64,000 bases of DNA from Oopsacas minuta (taxonomy: Eukaryota; Animalia; Porifera): assembly GCA_024704765.1 (NCBI GenBank), contig JAKMXF010000305.1:286682-350681 (forward strand), in the 5' to 3' direction. The notes under the pieces were generated by a model. That model was not told where the DNA came from. It made no database searches and was given only the letters and a program-made list of their open reading frames with translations. The first letter of the stretch is position 1, and every line of letters begins with the position of its first letter. Below, piece by piece: positions 35,866 through 48,609 of this stretch. The translations under genes were made by a program, and so were the position numbers.

Positions 35866-38150
35866 TTTAAGCTCGCAGGGGAGGTCCAGGGTCTAACCCC
35901 CTGCCAAACAAGCTCTATTTGGGACCGCTCTGTTGGAATGTTATAAGCATTCCCACAGAGTTATTCCAAAAATTAGGTGAAGTCGAAACAGGTATTTCTT
36001 ACACAGGGTTTTCTTACTGTATTTTCTTGTTCATAATGTGAGAATGTAGGATTTGTAATCATTTTCCATCGGTTTGTTCTCATGAATTTCCGTGAAAATA
36101 AATAGTAACAAATGACCGGTTTCTACAGTATACATAGGTTTTGATTCAACTTGGACAAACCAATTATTATGTAAGTCTGTTTTGTGGTGCTGATATGACT
36201 TCAACGCGCACGTAAGTGAAGCAAAAGCAGTTCGAAGTTCAAAATATGTTACATACCAGAGAATCGCTGAGGTGAGAGTAAGATGAGAGAGATAGGACCG
36301 AATTTCTATATAAAGCACATTTATAACCAATGGGTTGCGGCAATAAAATTATGGTTCTGACGCCGCTGATATTAGATACTAATATACAACCAGAATAATT
36401 GTGTTTTATAGTATAGATAAATCTAGTAATCGACGCTCTTCCCACAATTTTGGAGTTATACGTGTAATAAAAGCCGCAACAGATCTAATGGTGATCTAAA
36501 ACTTAAATCATGCATAGAAAAGAAAGGATTAAATATGGCCAGAGAACAGAAAAGGAGTGTAGCATGGGTATCTTAATAGTATATAGCTAGTACGAGAATA
36601 AAAAGGATTGGTACTAAGGACAAAGACATTACAATCATTTGAAACAAGAGAGTGAAAATATGGCTAATCATACATGACAAAATCATAGAGAAAATATGTG
36701 AATATGATAAACAAATGATCTATCATGTGGGGAAATGTACAGTCAAAGCACATACTAATTGTGTCACAGAATCGTAACTATAGACATTTCTATGGATTCA
36801 CCAAGGATTACTTCAAGTCACTTAAATTTGATAGACAATCATTATATTCTAAATAATATCAAATTGGTACATTTGGCTGGAATAAATGTATTGTTGAATG
36901 ATAGTATTCAACATAAGTCATCTCATCTAATTATTCCGAGTTTGAAATGACGTCATGTGCGTGGTGAAAACGGCCTTATGTTATTCAAAATGCCCCATTC
37001 AAGCTCTGATTAGGATTATTAGTGAGTCTACAATTGCAAAATGAATATCAAGCGATCTCAGAAGTTGATAAATACAATATGAAATTTTTGTAAATATGAA
37101 GTTGTCACGCGATTGAGCTATATTAGATACTATGGCAACTCCATAGTCGTTAGAGTTATGGTTATATCAATATGTACTAAACATGCTATTTCTCATACCC
37201 TTGTAATACATCATGATAAGATTTCACTTAATGATGTGAAGTAATCGTGAATATGCACATAATTGGTCACTATGTAGATAACACAATATTGCATAAAGAT
37301 ATTAGTGTGGTATTGTTAGCAACATATACGATTATAACCAAACAGATAATGTCATTTCGAACTGGGAATAGTTGCATGACATGGCCTTTGTTGCTTAGCA
37401 TATATCAATAATACATCTATTCGATCCCAAATGTAATAATTTGATATTATTGAGTATAATAAGATTGTAACTCAAATTATATAGACTTGATACAATCCAT
37501 GGCGCAGGAAAATTTGTACAGGAATATCAGTGAACAGGCTATAATAAGTAGGCTGGGTAATAGTATCATGGATTGATTAAATGTATCAAATATCTGAATT
37601 GAAATTTGCAAACATCAAAAAATGATCTTGTCAGCATAAATTATGGAGAAATTTTGGAATTATATCATGTGTTATTTTAATTTTCAGATAATGAGCTAAT
37701 AATATATTGGACCACATGTGTGGTATACCAACAAATATATTGACTTCAAGTGAAATCTGATGCATAACTAGAACCTATGTATATGAATTACATTAGATCC
37801 AATATAAACATTAGGGGGATATTCAGATGAGTTATAATCCATATACATACCACTTGTGGCACAAGTGGCAGAGATAGAAAAAGATTCGTGGAAATTTTCA
37901 CAAATGACTTCAAAGGCAAGATTTCCCACAAAATAAAGATTCAAGGTTGTAACTCTATTATTCAAATTATAGCTACGTGTTTAATAAAATCTATAAGTTT
38001 GCAAGATCAAGTTATGAAAATGTCGGACCAAGGTGCAACTATCAGACCCAAATTAAGTATGTGAGCCAAATTTCATGAGTAACAGGCTGCTAGATATAGC
38101 ACGACTGGAGTAAACACAGAGGGAGATTATCCTAACACTAGATGAAAAAC

Positions 38151-38316
38151 CTTAGTTATCCTAAATTCGTCTCGAGTCAGAGGTGTAGTTGGCTTTAAAT
38201 CTTTGAACTCAGGTCTTAAGAATCTCTGCATATCACCTTCTTTAACAAGCAGTGCTGTAGTACTTTTATAAACCATCATATCGTGATCACCATCACCAAT
38301 TAGGGTCCCATCATTC
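38151..38316 (-). CDS. DOCK: DOCK exon, C-terminal part of DHR-1
   Basis: Missed by the ORF track. Encodes (R)NDGTLIGDGDHDMMVYKSTTALLVKEG...FRITK, matching DOCK DGTTLRDGEHDLIVYK. Acceptor tatctag|G, donor AAG|gttttt; 166 nt = 1 nt + 55 codons; phases fit both neighbouring exons. Confidence 0.9.
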
Positions 38317-38427
38317 CTAGATAGGAATAGATAAAAGATAAACCGATGAGAAAATAAAGTGAAAAAAGTACAAGAGCTAACTTGAAAAAGACTAAAGATT
38401 AGTTAAACTCAGGCATAACACAAATAA

Positions 38428-41400
38428 CACAAGTGAACAAAATTTAACTTCATTTTCTCATCAAGTATTAGATTGACATTTTCTAAGCTAGTTTTTTACG
38501 CTGAATTCAAATCTGCTTTCAGATTCTTTCAAGCACGTCCAGTTTTTTTCCATCTACAAGTCAACGATTTTTATGTATTTCCTAAATTTTCCTGTTATTT
38601 TATTGTAGTGGCTGTCTTTGTATCTTCTTACATGATAGCCATCTGAATAAATCAACGTTTCGATGTTTTAGATTAATGCCAAGATAATATCAGTTATTAT
38701 CCTAGCTCTTACATATAATTACTCACATTCATGCATGTATCAACTACTCACAAACTAAGGGGAAATACATATCCATCTAGAAGTATAAAGGTAGCTAACT
38801 AAATTAAAAGTGTTGAGAGTACGACTTCCTTTTATATATCTTCTTGGGATTATCTCTGAAAAGCCTCTAACAGTAATCGGACATCATGCCCACATTCCAG
38901 AAACCTTGGTATCGGGTTTCCATCTCCTGTATGTCTTGGTGGAATCTCTCACCCTGTTCATCACTTACAGCACCAAGGTTCTCAGGGAAAAAATCAAGGT
39001 GAGAGTGCAAGAAATGAAGTTTTAGCGACATGCGACAGCCCATCTTCTCGTATGCGTTAAGCAAGGTTTCCACTCCTTCTCTGTAGTTGGACGACTTCTT
39101 GTTGCCCAAAAAGTTTTCACAAACCCATTTGAAAGAATTCCAAGCACTCATTTCTAATTCGGATAATGTCTTCTCGAAATCTGGATCTCTGAATACTTGT
39201 CTGATTTGTGGTCCTACAAATACTCCCTCTTTTAACTTTGCCTCACTTAGTTTCGGAAATTTGCCTACCAAATGCAGAAATCCTGCTGAATTTGTTTTGC
39301 CCATTGTTTCAACGGATGTTTTCATTAATCCAAGTTTAATATGATGTGGGGGTAAGAAAACTTTGTTTGGATCTACCAATGGCGAATGCTGTAAATTGGT
39401 TTTCCCACTTCATAGGTTCTCTTCGGCCAATCACATTTTTTATAATGTTCACCAGTTGCTCGGCTGTCCCATAGACATAGGAAACAACAATACTTTGTAA
39501 AACCTTGTTACAAGCCCATCAATAGTCCGATTATCTTAAGATCATCCCAGATACTCCATATATGTGTTCTATACTGTATTGCCTCCAAAACTTCCTGCAA
39601 ATTGACGAAGGTTTCTTTGAGATAGACCGAGTGAGCAATTGGAACGCCAGGCTTTAGATTTCCGTTATGCAACAGAACAACTTTCAAACTGCGTTTTGAC
39701 GAGTCGATGAAAAGGCGCCAATCAGAGGAAGAATGTTCTTGTAATAGGTTTGCATAGAGTTCCTCGATATCATTACAATAGCACAGTGGACCATCAGTGG
39801 TGTAGTATTGAGCGAGATCGAAATTTCGCTTGCGATAGTGGGATACTAGGACATCTTTGTCGAGTAAGTTTTTCTGTTTAGCCTGGATGCAAGGAGTTCA
39901 GCTTTGTCTTTAGATAAGTCTAGATCCCTGACCAGGTCATTCAATTCTCCCTGTGTAAATGTTTGTGGCTCTAGTAATTCATCTTCCGGGACATAATTAC
40001 CAGCTGTAGAATCTGCATGAACATCTTCCACCATATCAGACCCGATTTTAATTTGCTGTGGCTTGGGAATTGGGATTGGTAATGAGATGTGTGGAATTGG
40101 CCTGCGAGCAGAATCCAAGTCTGGGTAAACAAGAGCGTGTTTATTCTTGGCTGAGAATCCTGTAGTGTCGATAAGGCAAAGTAACAATCATCAAGGTGAT
40201 TTTTCTGTTCCCTTCATACCATGGGTATTGCAAATGGCATTGAAACTTTCCTTTTGTTCAACCAATCACATAGTCCACTTGAACAAGAAGTGCATATAAC
40301 ATGTGGTGCCCATTACTTGCCTTGGTCACCAAGTAGACATTCGAAGTACAATTTGTGTATGTTTTTTAATTGATTTGTGATTGGTCGTCTTTGTGATTTT
40401 ACGCAAAAAGACCACAAACGTAACAGAAATTGTCGGGATGAGTTCTACAATTACGATGCATGTTTATAATTTGATTTCCTTGAATTCAAATAAGTAAAGT
40501 CATTTATATTCCAGATACAGTAGAATCTCCCTAAGTGGGGTGTCTGGGAAGCACTGCTAAAATTTTGCACACCACTTCTGACAATAATTTTTTTTAAATT
40601 TCATTAAGTGTTGTCCTAGATTTTATATGATTTATGGCTACTGTTCATAAAACTCAACTAAGTTTAAAGAGGAAGGTCGAAATTGCCCAGGATCTATCCA
40701 AAGGAATGAACCAGTTAGATGCTGTAAAAAATACAAGGCCTCCAACGTACTGTGTCTAGGATTGGTAAGGAAAAGGAACGATGGGTAGCTATTAATTTTG
40801 AAACACTAGATAGTGCTCCTCGCAAAGGTACGAAAGAAAGCGTATAGTCAAGGTTAAGTCTATTGAAGTGGATGACAAACTTGTTGAGTATATCGTGAGA
40901 GCCCGAGATTTAAATGCTATTGTAACTGGTCCAATTATACAAAATAGTGCCACAATGATTTCGAAGAAGCTGCCCAATTTAGATGGTTTTAGTGGCTCTA
41001 ATGGCTGGTTAGAAAGGTTCCGAAGCCGCAATAGAATTGTAAGTAGAGCTCTCCAAGGAGAAAGAGCGTCAGCTCCTATGAATGCTGTTGAGGAATTCAA
41101 GAAGATATTACCTACTCTCCTTAAAGGTTATGACAAAAAAGATGTTCTAAATGGTGACGAGGTTGGTCTTTATTGGGAACAAAGTGGAAAAAGTTCAGCA
41201 AGGCACAGACCCTGCAGGAAGTAAAGTCAGCAAGAAGAGGATTACTGTGTTCATTGTTGCTGCTATGGATGGACATATGGAGCAAATGATTGTTATTAAT
41301 CAGTATTTAAAACCAAGAGCATTCTCTAGAATTCACTACGACACTAATAAACTCCCGGTATGCATGCAATGGAAAGCGACTCCCAAAGGATGGATGAATT

Positions 41401-42703
41401 CTACTATTTTCAAGGAGTGGCTTTTATATTTAAATACAACAATTGAAACACAGAAACGGAATGTCTTACTCTTTCTTGATAATTTTTCCGGTCATGATTG
41501 TGGATTCGAATTAGCAAAGGAATATCTAACTCATGTCCGTGTTGAATGGTTACCACCGAATTGTACATCTCTGTTACAACCTGTCGATCAAGGGATCGGT
41601 AACGCTTTGAAAATTAGATATCATAAATACCTCCATGAACACATGTCTAAGATGATTTTCATTGATAAACATGCCATGGAAGGCGTCGATATGTTGCGTG
41701 CATTTGTTTGGCTTGGTAGGGTTTGGAATTCTTTACACAGTACATCCACTGTTTCTCGTTGTTTTGAGAAAGCTGGTTTCCGCTTTGAATCAGATAATGA
41801 AATCATTCCAGATCTAATTTCAGATGTTGTAAATCATGATGAGCAGGTATCCTTGATCAAGAAGTTTTAATAGCTGGTCCACCTGCAGTTGTAGACACTG
41901 ATCAAGTTCTAGAAATGATTGAGTTGTTCGATGCTAAAGAAAATCAAGTTGGAAATGCAGAAGAACAGGATGACCTTGGTGCTAAACCTGAAATTGAAAT
42001 AAATGAAGAACAGGTAGACCTAGAACTAGGTAGTCGTCCAATAAGTACAAAAGAAGCCATGTTGCGTTTATCTGAACTCGAAAAGTATTTTGAACACAAA
42101 GGAATGGATGATGAAGTAGCATGGGTTATCTCAGTTCAAGATAAAATCCTGGAAAGGGTACAGGCTAATCTGATTCAACCATCAATTGACGTTTATCTGT
42201 TGAAGAAGAATAATGAAATTTAAGTGGTGTAGGAAGGATACTATCCTAGTATTGAATTACTTTTAGCATATAGTAGTGATATTTAATGATATATATTCAC
42301 CCCACTTAGGTACCCCGCTTTGGGAAATACCCCATTTTGGATACCCCACTTTGGGAATACAAGATGTAAATTTTGTATACAATATTGTTTAAAATTTCAG
42401 CAGGCGCACCCCACACCCCACTTCAGACAAAAATCCCACTTTGGGAGGTTCATTTAGTGTAGTTTACTAAACACACCAATTGTACACCCCACTTTGGGAG
42501 GTTCTACTGTAATTGAATCAAAATAGGCATGCTCATATAGCAATTTAGTAATTAGGTAATACTATACTATTGAAAAATGGATATTGGATTTCAGAATAAC
42601 TAGACGTGCTAGAGAAATTCTGATTGCAGATTCGAGTTCAGCATTCAAACGTATGCTAAGATAAATGTATGTGATCTCTGATGAGAAATCTTGTTGAGTT
42701 GTG
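38428..42703 (-). mobile_element. Chapaev3-like (CMC) transposon with nested Tigger insertion
   Basis: TAA|CAC...GTG|TAA (3-bp target duplication); shared subterminal TTTCTCATCA and GCTGAA(T/C)TC(A/G)AATCTGC. Broken CDS about 40461-38804: MHRNCRTHPDNFCYVCG, WAPHVIC, PMVWREQKNHLDDCYF, LPPHHIKLGLMK, SHLDFFPENLGAVSDEQGERFHQD. Confidence 0.88.
40518..42509 (+). mobile_element. pogo/Tigger element (CENP-B-type HTH + DDE_1, DD35D)
   Basis: TA target duplication; TIRs CAGTAGAA(T/C)CTCCC(T/A)AAGTGGGGTGT; FSGSNGWLERFRSR, NGDEVGLYW, GWMNSTIF, FLDNFSGH and LLQPVDQG; frameshift near 41200. Confidence 0.95.
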
Positions 42704-43007
42704 TAATTATTGAGAGTAGCGAAGCTTGGCTACATAGGATACCCTACAATGGCCATATGAATCATTCTACAGGGGATTAAACAAGTTCAATAGCAAGGGT
42801 CTGGGCTAAATTCTTATCTAATCTATAAATTTAAAACACTATTATAGAACTAAAACTATGATATATCCTTTGGTAGTAATAATGTTGTTATAATTGACCA
42901 CCATTTGTTGGCACAACCAGCAGCAGTCACAATCAAATAACATTTACGAAACCAGAATATTTATGCGAAATCTGCAGTTCAGACTATTGCAGACATAGCA
43001 GGAGATA

Positions 43008-44516
43008 CAGGGTGGCTCCAAAGTTCTGATACAAACCATTTTGTCTATAATATTTATTCAGCATGACCTACATTATTGATTCTCTATATATAATTAATAC
43101 ATACTATTAGGAAGAGATTGCCTAGTTATTTATTCAATATAACCACCCTTTTTGGAAATGACAGCCCTGAGTCTGTTCGGGAATCCTTCTACTGCGGCAC
43201 GCAGAGTTTCTTGGGGTATCTTCTCCCATTCTCGACACAAGGAAATCTTTAGAGAGCTAACTGTGTTGTGTGACACAGAACAAGCCTTGTTTTCCAAGAT
43301 AGACCATACAGAATAGTCCATGGGATTTAAATCGGGACTGTATGGTGGCCATTCATCCTTATGTATAAAATTGGGAATATTGTGCTTCAGCCAATCTTGG
43401 GTGGTANNNNNNNNNNNNNNNNNNNNNNNNNNNNNNNNNNNNNNNNNNNNNNNNNNNNNNNNNNNNNNNNNNNNNNNNNNNNNNNNNNNNNNNNNNNNNN
43501 NNNNNNNNNNNNNNNNNNNNNNNNNNNNNNNNNNNNNNNNNNNNNNNNNNNNNNNNNNNNNNNNNNNNNNNNNNNNNNNNNNNNNNNNNNNNNNNNNNNN
43601 NNNNNNNNNNNNNNNNNNNNNNNNNNNNNNNNNNNNNNNNNNNNNNNNNNNNNNNNNNNNNNNNNNNNNNNNNNNNNNNNNNNNNNNNNNNNNNNNNNNN
43701 NNNNNNNNNNNNNNNNNNNNNNNNNNNNNNNNNNNNNNNNNNNNNNNNNNNNNNNNNNNNNNNNNNNNNNNNNNNNNNNNNNNNNNNNNNNNNNNNNNNN
43801 NNNNNNNNNNNNNNNNNNNNNNNNNNNNNNNNNNNNNNNNNNNNNNNNNNNNNNNNNNNNNNNNNNNNNNNNNNNNNNNNNNNNNNNNNNNNNNNNNNNN
43901 NNNNNNNNNNNNNNNNNNNNNNNNNNNNNNNNNNNNNNNNNNNNNNNNNNNNNNNNNNNNNNNNNNNNNNNNNNNNNNNNNNNNNNNNNNNNNNNNNNNN
44001 NNNNNNNNNNNNNNNNNNNNNNNNNNNNNNNNNNNNNNNNNNNNNNNNNNNNNNNNNNNNNNNNNNNNNNNNNNNNNNNNNNNNNNNNNNNNNNNNNNNN
44101 NNNNNNNNNNNNNNNNNNNNNNNNNNNNNNNNNNNNNNNNNNNNNNNNNNNNNNNNNNNNNNNNNNNNNNNNNNNNNNNNNNNNNNNNNNNNNNNNNNNN
44201 NNNNNNNNNNNNNNNNNNNNNNNNNNNNNNNNNNNNNNNNNNNNNNNNNNNNNNNNNNNNNNNNNNNNNNNNNNNNNNNNNNNNNNNNNNNNNNNNNNNN
44301 NNNNNNNNNNNNNNNNNNNNNNNNNNNNNNNNNNNNNNNNNNNNNNNNNNNNNNNNNNNNNNNNNNNNNNNNNNNNNNNNNNNNNNNNNNAAATTGAAAT
44401 AATATTTGTTAGGAAGCGTATAAGGTATGTCATGGGAGAGCAAACCATTGAGAATACTTCCTGATAATGGTTGTATATTAATCATGATTTTGTATCAGAA
44501 CTTTGGAGCCACCCTG
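43008..44516 (-). mobile_element. maT-like element spanning an assembly gap
   Basis: TA target duplication; perfect 28-bp TIR CAGGGTGGCTCCAAAGTTCTGATACAAA; intact C-terminus DEWPPYSPDLNPMDYSVWSILENKAC...KKGGYIE* at 43130-43406. Confidence 0.9.
43407..44390. other. Assembly gap (984 N)
   Basis: Run of N. Confidence 1.
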
Positions 44517-45532
44517 TACATCAACATATTTAACCGATAGCATCTGACATTTAACAATAAACAGAAAAATCCAAAAGTAATATTGAAATTCAACTCCCTT
44601 TGACTCTCAAATCCAATTTCCGGTGAACAGCTAAGTTAAGGCTACGTCGTATATAATTACTAATACGCAAAAATGAATTCATAATATGGTAGCGAGCAAT
44701 CAATTTTAATTATTATAATAGTAGTATACTAATATGTATAACACAAACATATGCCGTCATAATAATGGTAGCAACACATAACCAATCAATGAAATGTGAA
44801 TTCTGTACTTTCAGCATTAAGTACCAAAGTCACTAGGTCCAGCGGGTATTCAAAGCTTAGAGAAATTCCAATTTCAGTGCTCTAGTTCCTGTATAATATC
44901 GATGGATATTCGCAATTTCTTTGGTCCAACTCCTCCAAGTCAGTTAGTCCTTGACTATTAGAAATCAGTAGTCATTAAGAGAGTGGAGAAGATTCAACAA
45001 GTGAATCACCACATTCCAAGAGATAATGTGTAGTAACATCATCCGCTGCCACATCACGAAAGAAACAAGAACATGGAGAAATATTTCTCATTGCTTGAAT
45101 GCGATAGCAACATATTACTTATAAGATGAATTTTGATAAATAATAAGAAGCGATAAAACCAGGAAGCATTCTTCAAAAGGGAAGTGGAGATGTGTGGATC
45201 AAAAAATCACTCCAGAATTGGAAAAGGTAGTTCAAAAGATGAAAGTAGATGCCAGCAGTGAATCCCACTTGAGATAAGTTAGAGGAAAGTAGATACGTAG
45301 TAACTAGTGGACAAATACTTATATCCGAGGTACAATGTTTCGAAGTTTCTGCGGGAAGCAAGACCCGAAAGTCATCGAAGCAATTTTCGCTGGTTCAACT
45401 GGCTTGTGTTGAATCTACAAACAGCACTGAGGGGATCAAATAATTATATACAACCAAGGAACGGATATTTCTGGGGATGAACACCTCCGAAATATTTCTT
45501 GACACAATATTGAATTTCTAAATTGTATTTAC

Positions 45533-45985
45533 AGTAGAAAATCTATAAGTGGGGTGGTTGGGACAGCGAGTCTTCTGATATCACACTATTTCCCTCTTAA
45601 ATTTTGAACAACAATTCTCCTTTGAAGAGATGTAAAGAGAGAATCTGTATAGCCACCTCCTCGAGGGTATATTGATTTTGAGCTCCCAAGGTTACCAATC
45701 GAATATCAAGTTTTTTAGAGAAATCCAAAGAATTAAATAGATTATTGTTATAAATAAGTGTTTTCAAACAAATGTAGGCAAATAGATAATTATAGAATAT
45801 ATAAATTAGAATTACAGCTTATAGAGGTAAATTCTAAAGTTGGATGGTATTGTCAATCATAAAGTATCCCACATTCACCACTCCCCGCTTAAAGAGGTCG
45901 TTGCTAATGAATGAAAGTCGAACATATATCCCCGGTTATGGAGATCCCCAATTATAGAAACCCCACATATCTAGGTTGTACAGCA
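45533..45985. mobile_element. Degenerate Tigger-related MITE
   Basis: TA|CAGTAGAAAATCTATAAGTGGGGTGG left end resembles the 40518 TIR; eroded right end CCCCACATATCTAGGTTGTACAG. Confidence 0.45.
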
Positions 45986-48609
45986 CCATATTTCATTTAT
46001 ATGTACCAAGGTGATATTCGTCACAAGCTCTATATAATTAGAAATTATGATTTAATAAAACTGTAATTTTTAATGTTATTGATTAAGTAAGCGTTACAAT
46101 AATGTATAGGAATTATTAAGTAATTTTGTTGATCAAACTAACCACCACGCAATGAATTTGGTAGCTAATCGGAATTTAGGTGTTTAATCAGAGGAAGACT
46201 TAATGAGACATCTCTGGAGATAATTGCATAATTGTAGAAATGGCAATATAAGGGCATATCCAAGATTACTATAAATTGACAATAATTTAACAATAGCGAG
46301 TTATCATTGGCTATAAAAATGTGTACCTATGGTGTCCCCAGTAATTCAAGAAGGAGATCATCAACTTTATCATGACAAATTATATATATTTTGCATAAAT
46401 AATCAATATATATTTTCATATATTCACTTTGAAATAAAGGATACAATATTCACCATAACAAGCATCAAAGAATGGCACATGTTAACATATAGATACTTAA
46501 GAGACACGTATTTCACAGGTTACTGTAAATCTTTAGCATATATTGGTTGACAATATATTGTTCAAAAATATACGTTATATTTATTGGGGCAAAAATGCAA
46601 TGTTTCTACAATACTGAAACTATGCGTTAGGCAGAATCACAGACAAGTTATGAACAATTATAGGAGAAGTCCAATGTGGAATATCATATTCTTTGAATTT
46701 TATGAGGGAGAAATTTTCACAGGTAATAAATAACCATGGTACCAGCAATAGTGGTAATAAATAACCCGCGATAGTCATTTCCTAACAAAAAAGGACAATT
46801 GGATCGATACATCTCCACTTTCAATACTTGGACATATATCTTGTTACCATTTTCAAAATAGAGCTTCTAAGCTGTTGAGCCAATATTCTATTTGTATGAC
46901 GAGAATATAAACGTACCGTAATACCCATTCCATCTAGAACTTGTAATTGCTAAGTTTTTGATCTGCATAAAACGGATATTCACATACGGGTAATGTAAAT
47001 GTGATTCTGAGCGATCTATATATATATATATAGAAGCATAAATAGAGTTTACATGTGAGATATCAAAAAGGGTCATAATATCCAATTTGATTGCAGACAT
47101 TCTCAGTATTTCTATTAGGAGGGGAAACAAGCTTCTAAGTGGATGTGATTTTGGTTAAATCCTAGAATATAATGCTTGTGATAGAGTGGTTATTCCTGGC
47201 ATCTGCCATATTGATACCATCTTTACCGACTTGCGACATAAATAGGTTAACGATTGCAAAAAATTGTTCTGTAAAGGCGATTCAAATACTATACGGTTCA
47301 ATAATACATAGACACTGTTGCATAAAAAAATTAAAGTTGGAAGTTCCTATACCAAATTCAAAGAAGTTCAGCTGCTAGGTGAAGCCGAGACATGAAGTTC
47401 TGAGCATACTGCAGTCGCGCATGGAGCTAGTAAGCGAAGCACACTAGTATTCTTTGATTCTCATTGGAAACATCGAAATTCCTGAGACAAGTCTGGTGCA
47501 AATGGTAAAATTTTATCTCTACACATATATCCACATTGCAAACAACAATGCAAATCTATGAATGATGTGAAGCAATTGATTTTTTGGACAGAAGTGACGA
47601 ATAAACACACACAGATTAGAAACCTAAAAGTACAACACAAATCTCACAATTGATTTCGATAAAATGAGAAGTGGAAGACTCCAACATACGATACTTATTT
47701 GATGCAATATAGCGGGGTCCGAGAATCGGGTGTACAATCCTCTATTTTACGACAGGCATATCACAACTCATGCTTGAATTGCTATTATGGGGGTCAAACT
47801 TGTCTAGAACGGCTACCAAGTAATGGCCAAAAGTGGCCACATTATAGAGGTCGATTTCTATTCAAAATTGTTCCACGGGACTTTTTTTAGATGGCCGTTA
47901 TTTCAGGTGACAGTCATACAAAGGTAGCCGTTAAGCGAATGTTAATCCATCTTTACGAACGATACAGACACATTATGGAGAGTTTATAACAAAAACGAGT
48001 GTGAAGTTGCCAGCGAAACAAATCGAGCACACTTCATAAGTCATAATTATGCAAACAATATAGGTTGAGAGATGCCATTCGGAACATATCAATACTAGCA
48101 TAAGAGTTTCTGTCATTTTTAGCAAATCATTCTGACACTTCAGTGACTAACCGTGATGTTGAAGAAAATGAGAACTTTTTGCAAAATTTTGGAATCGATA
48201 ATCGAGCACACTTTAACAGATTATAATCATGAAACCAATGCATGTAAAGAGATGTCATAAAGAGAACACCAATACTATCCTAGGACCTTGAAATAGTGAA
48301 CACTATTCTGCAGTGGATCAAAATGGCAAAATTGGCGGATTAGATTATTGGGTGTGTGCTAGCTCTGCATAATGTATTATTTCCATCTTGGTTATCGACC
48401 CAAACTAGTCGATTAAACCTATCAGATTATATATATGGTTTCGAATTTTTCTGTAATGACGTATCCAATTCTCATACATGTATGGGCAGTTGTATTTTTC
48501 GTAATTTTAAGTGATTAGTATTGAATTATGTATATTATCTCACGAGATTAAGTAATATGTTGATATATGATAAATTACTAATCGATACACTATATTAAGA
48601 GACTGAGTT

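Noticed and set aside
43130-44485. Four 350-450 aa ORFs in the supplied track
   Set aside because: These are artefacts of reading through the N gap; only the minus-strand transposase C-terminus is real.
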